This document shows positions 61,569-64,000 of a stretch of DNA of 64,000 nt, in pieces. The stretch comes from Dehalococcoidia bacterium. GTDB lineage: Bacteria; Chloroflexota; Dehalococcoidia; Lucifugimonadales; GCA-002694895. The stretch is taken from the NCBI GenBank assembly GCA_045564835.1, contig JBJLGN010000030.1:37545-101544 (forward strand), read 5' to 3'. Below the pieces are notes generated by a model. It saw only the letters and a list, made by a program, of their open reading frames with translations. It did no database searches and was not told the origin of the DNA. The position numbers and the translations under genes are program-made. Numbering within the stretch: position 1 is the first letter of the stretch; each line of letters begins with the position of its first letter.

Positions 61569-62229
61569 TGTGGGTACTTAAAAATTCTATATTTCTTTTG
61601 TATGACAATTCAGCCGCTTCCTTATTGTATATCTCAGATCTTTCATCATTAAAAAATGCATGTTCTGTACCAGGATAAATATGAAATTTGAAGTTGGCTT
61701 TTGTTTTTATTAACTCTAATTCAATACTATTTAGAGCTTCAGTTGCCTTGTCGTGCTCAGCGTAATGGCCTAAGATAGGGCAATTAATTTTACTCCAATC
61801 AGGTTTGATATTAACTAATACCCCGTAATAGGGTATAGCAGCATCAATTATATTTTGAGTTGCCATATAAAGAGCCAAACCACCACCCATGCAATAACCT
61901 ATACATGCAACTTTATTATTTGAAACAAAGTTTTCTTCTTTGATATATTTTATTGCGTTCGATATTTTGTACGAAGCTTCTTTAGCTTTAAGTTCTAACA
62001 TTAATTTTTGTGCTTCGTTAGGTTCTGTTGTTTTTTGACCGTCATATAAATCAGGCGCGAGTACTACATAGCCTTCTTTTGCATATCTGTCAGCAACATG
62101 TTTGATGTGATCAACTAATCCCCACCATTCTTGTAAAATTACCAATCCTGGGCCTGTTTTATTTTGAGGGAGTGACAAATATCCTTGATAATTATTCTCT
62201 GGGCCAAATGTTACTGTTTTTCCATTCAT
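61561..62229 (-). CDS. Dienelactone hydrolase family
   Basis: QEWWGL, APDLY, GYCMGG, YPGTEHAF. Confidence 0.92.
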   Translation of the reverse strand: MNGKTVTFGPENNYQGYLSLPQNKTGPGLVILQEWWGLVDHIKHVADRYAKEGYVVLAPDLYDGQKTTEPNEAQKLMLELKAKEASYKISNAIKYIKEENFVSNNKVACIGYCMGGGLALYMATQNIIDAAIPYYGVLVNIKPDWSKINCPILGHYAEHDKATEALNSIELELIKTKANFKFHIYPGTEHAFFNDERSEIYNKEAAELSYKRNIEFLSTHIK

Positions 62230-62242
62230 TATGAATCCTATC

Positions 62243-62815
62243 CTATTCTTTTACTAATATAACTTTTGTGTTTGCTATCATATCGTGAATACATCTTCTG
62301 TCTTCTCTAAATATAAATAATTTGTCGATAGTTACAATAATAATTCCAACTATAGGAAAAATGCCAATAATTCCTATTATCCATTCTCTTAAAACAACAT
62401 TTGTTAGGAATCCTCCTGAATTTCCATTTTTATCTATTATCATAATATTCATGAATTTTTTTCCCAAAGTTTGAGATATGGTTGCTAATAGATAGTATTG
62501 GTATACAGCAAAGGATATTCCTCCAATAATTGCTCCAATTAGAGCTTCTCCTGCCCCTGAAATTATAGCTATAACAGTAGCAGGGATAACAATTGCAACG
62601 ACACCTAAAAACCCATCTATTATTCTTGCTATTAGTCTTTTTGATCTACTTGCAAGTATTGGATTGTTATTATCACTAGGATCGTCTGTTTTAGTTAAAC
62701 TAGGATTAGGATCAAATTCATTTGATTTGATTAATTCTATTCCACAATGATTACAAAATTTATCAATATTATTGATAGCTTTTCCGCACTCTTTACAAAA
62801 TGATGATTCTTGCAT
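62243..62815 (-). CDS. Zinc-ribbon plus RDD family membrane protein
   Basis: CKECG..FCNHCG; RLIARIID, TLGK, HDMIANT. Confidence 0.88.
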   Translation of the reverse strand: MQESSFCKECGKAINNIDKFCNHCGIELIKSNEFDPNPSLTKTDDPSDNNNPILASRSKRLIARIIDGFLGVVAIVIPATVIAIISGAGEALIGAIIGGISFAVYQYYLLATISQTLGKKFMNIMIIDKNGNSGGFLTNVVLREWIIGIIGIFPIVGIIIVTIDKLFIFREDRRCIHDMIANTKVILVKE

Positions 62816-62829
62816 TTTATTCTATAAAT

Positions 62830-63402
62830 CTAGTTGGTAATTTTTTTTAATAATTCCAAAGTTTTTGCTAATAAATAATCAGTAGGAGGTCTATCAGATG
62901 GAGTAGAACCTATATGAGACCATAATATTTCCTTATTTTTTCCAACAATAAAAGCTGCAGGTGCTGCCACGCCATCACCTAATACATTAAATACCTTCCA
63001 TTCCTGTGAAATTGTGTATGTATTATCTGAAATCATACTAAAATTTGCATTAACATCAGTTCTCATTGCATCTGTATTTTCTTGGTCGTCAGTACTAACT
63101 GTAATGACATCAATACCAAATCTTTTAAATAATTCATGATTTTGTGACAACTCACCTAGTTGTGCTCTGCAAATACCTCAGAAATATCCTCTGTAGAAAA
63201 CAATTATTACAGATTGATAATTTGACAATGATTTATCAATGGCAGTATCTAAACTAGGATCTAGTGAAATATTTTCAGTAGAAGTTATTGTTTCTGTTGG
63301 CTTTGAATCTACTTCTGAAGAACAGCTTAAAATAGTTAATATACTAACTAAGGTAAAAATATAAATGGGCAATTTGGAAAATTTTGTAAAACTTTTCATC
63401 AT
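62830..63402 (-). CDS. Peroxiredoxin-like (AhpC/TSA) lipoprotein selenoprotein, Sec at codon 75
   Basis: In-frame join of two ORFs: VFYRGYF-TGA-GICRAQLGEL; redoxin motifs VSTD, ISD, PAAFIV; lipobox ILSC. Confidence 0.88.
63147..63163 (-). promoter_or_regulatory. Bacterial SECIS-like hairpin
   Basis: ACAACU-AGGUG-AGUUGU after a 14-nt spacer following the UGA (63178-63180); G at loop position 2. Confidence 0.65.
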
Positions 63403-63409
63403 TAATAAT

Positions 63410-64000
63410 TTAAACTAAATCTTTGTATTTAAAAGATATAAAACTTAATACCATCAATATTATACATAATAGCAGCATAATAAATATATCAAAGAAGTCT
63501 GCTCCATTTACAATAGGATTTGAATTTTTATAATAATGAAAAACAGAAATATATTTCATGTTTTTAGCTCCGTCTATCAAAGGGCTAATAGCATTAACGA
63601 AATGTGAAAGTATTGCGATAATTGTTGATATTCCTAAAGTTTTAGTTTTATTTCCAGTTATGGAACCAATTAATAAAGATAGACTGCCAAAAATCAGACC
63701 TAAGAAAAAGAGATGAGTAGTTGTCCCGATTAATTTAATTACATCTAAATTTAGAGTAAATATGGTAGAAAAAAACATAAATGAAAACCATATAAATAAA
63801 GATATGAAAAATATTTTAGTTATCATTACTAATATTTGTTGAAATAAATAATTATTTCTACCAACTGGAGTAGACATTACTAATTCCAAAGTTTTGTTAT
63901 TCAATTCACCAGCAACTATGTGAGTACCGGCATTAATTCCAACAACAATTACCATTATAGGTCCCATAACACCAAATATTTCCAAATTTAAAAATCCTGC
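63410..64000 (-). CDS. ABC-2 type permease, truncated by window edge
   Basis: AGELNNKTLELVMSTPVGR, SVFHYY; frame is open to position 64000. Confidence 0.8.
   Translation of the reverse strand, partial: AGFLNLEIFGVMGPIMVIVVGINAGTHIVAGELNNKTLELVMSTPVGRNNYLFQQILVMITKIFFISLFIWFSFMFFSTIFTLNLDVIKLIGTTTHLFFLGLIFGSLSLLIGSITGNKTKTLGISTIIAILSHFVNAISPLIDGAKNMKYISVFHYYKNSNPIVNGADFFDIFIMLLLCIILMVLSFISFKYKDLV

Noticed and set aside
1-64000. Alternative genetic code (UGA = Trp or Gly) as explanation of the in-frame UGA
   Set aside because: Long genes are intact in the standard code, TGG encodes Trp, and several genes end properly at TGA
1-64000. CRISPR array, tRNA/rRNA, IS element or prophage
   Set aside because: No regularly spaced repeat-spacer array, structured RNA gene, transposase, integrase or phage structural gene seen by eye

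Overview
Very AT-rich, gene-dense bacterial chromosomal segment read in the standard code (TGG = Trp; several ordinary genes end in TGA). Gene content resembles a streamlined marine heterotroph, possibly SAR202/Dehalococcoidia-like Chloroflexota (inference from an F420-type nitroreductase, many amidases, peptidases, MFS transporters and PLP enzymes). It holds about 70 CDS, with partial genes at both ends (umuC-like, ABC-2 permease), and one TPP riboswitch. I saw no rRNA, tRNA, CRISPR array, integrase or transposase. Main observations: (1) a split ORF pair (62830-63402, minus) that is one lipoprotein selenoprotein with an in-frame UGA in a UxxC motif and a SECIS-like hairpin; (2) an abutting gene run encoding a YeiH-type sulfite/sulfate exporter, a Tat-less reductive-dehalogenase-like B12/Fe-S protein and a CuyA/D-cysteine-desulfhydrase-like PLP enzyme, a candidate undescribed organosulfonate or organohalide module; (3) helically phased, inverted GGCC repeats upstream of an HTH gene cluster; (4) a variant TPP riboswitch whose 3' strand can pair with the initiation region; (5) tandem NrdR-box-like motifs ahead of non-RNR genes; (6) small Cys-rich ORFs, one of them missed by the ORF track. 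All family calls come from visual motif recognition, not database searches.
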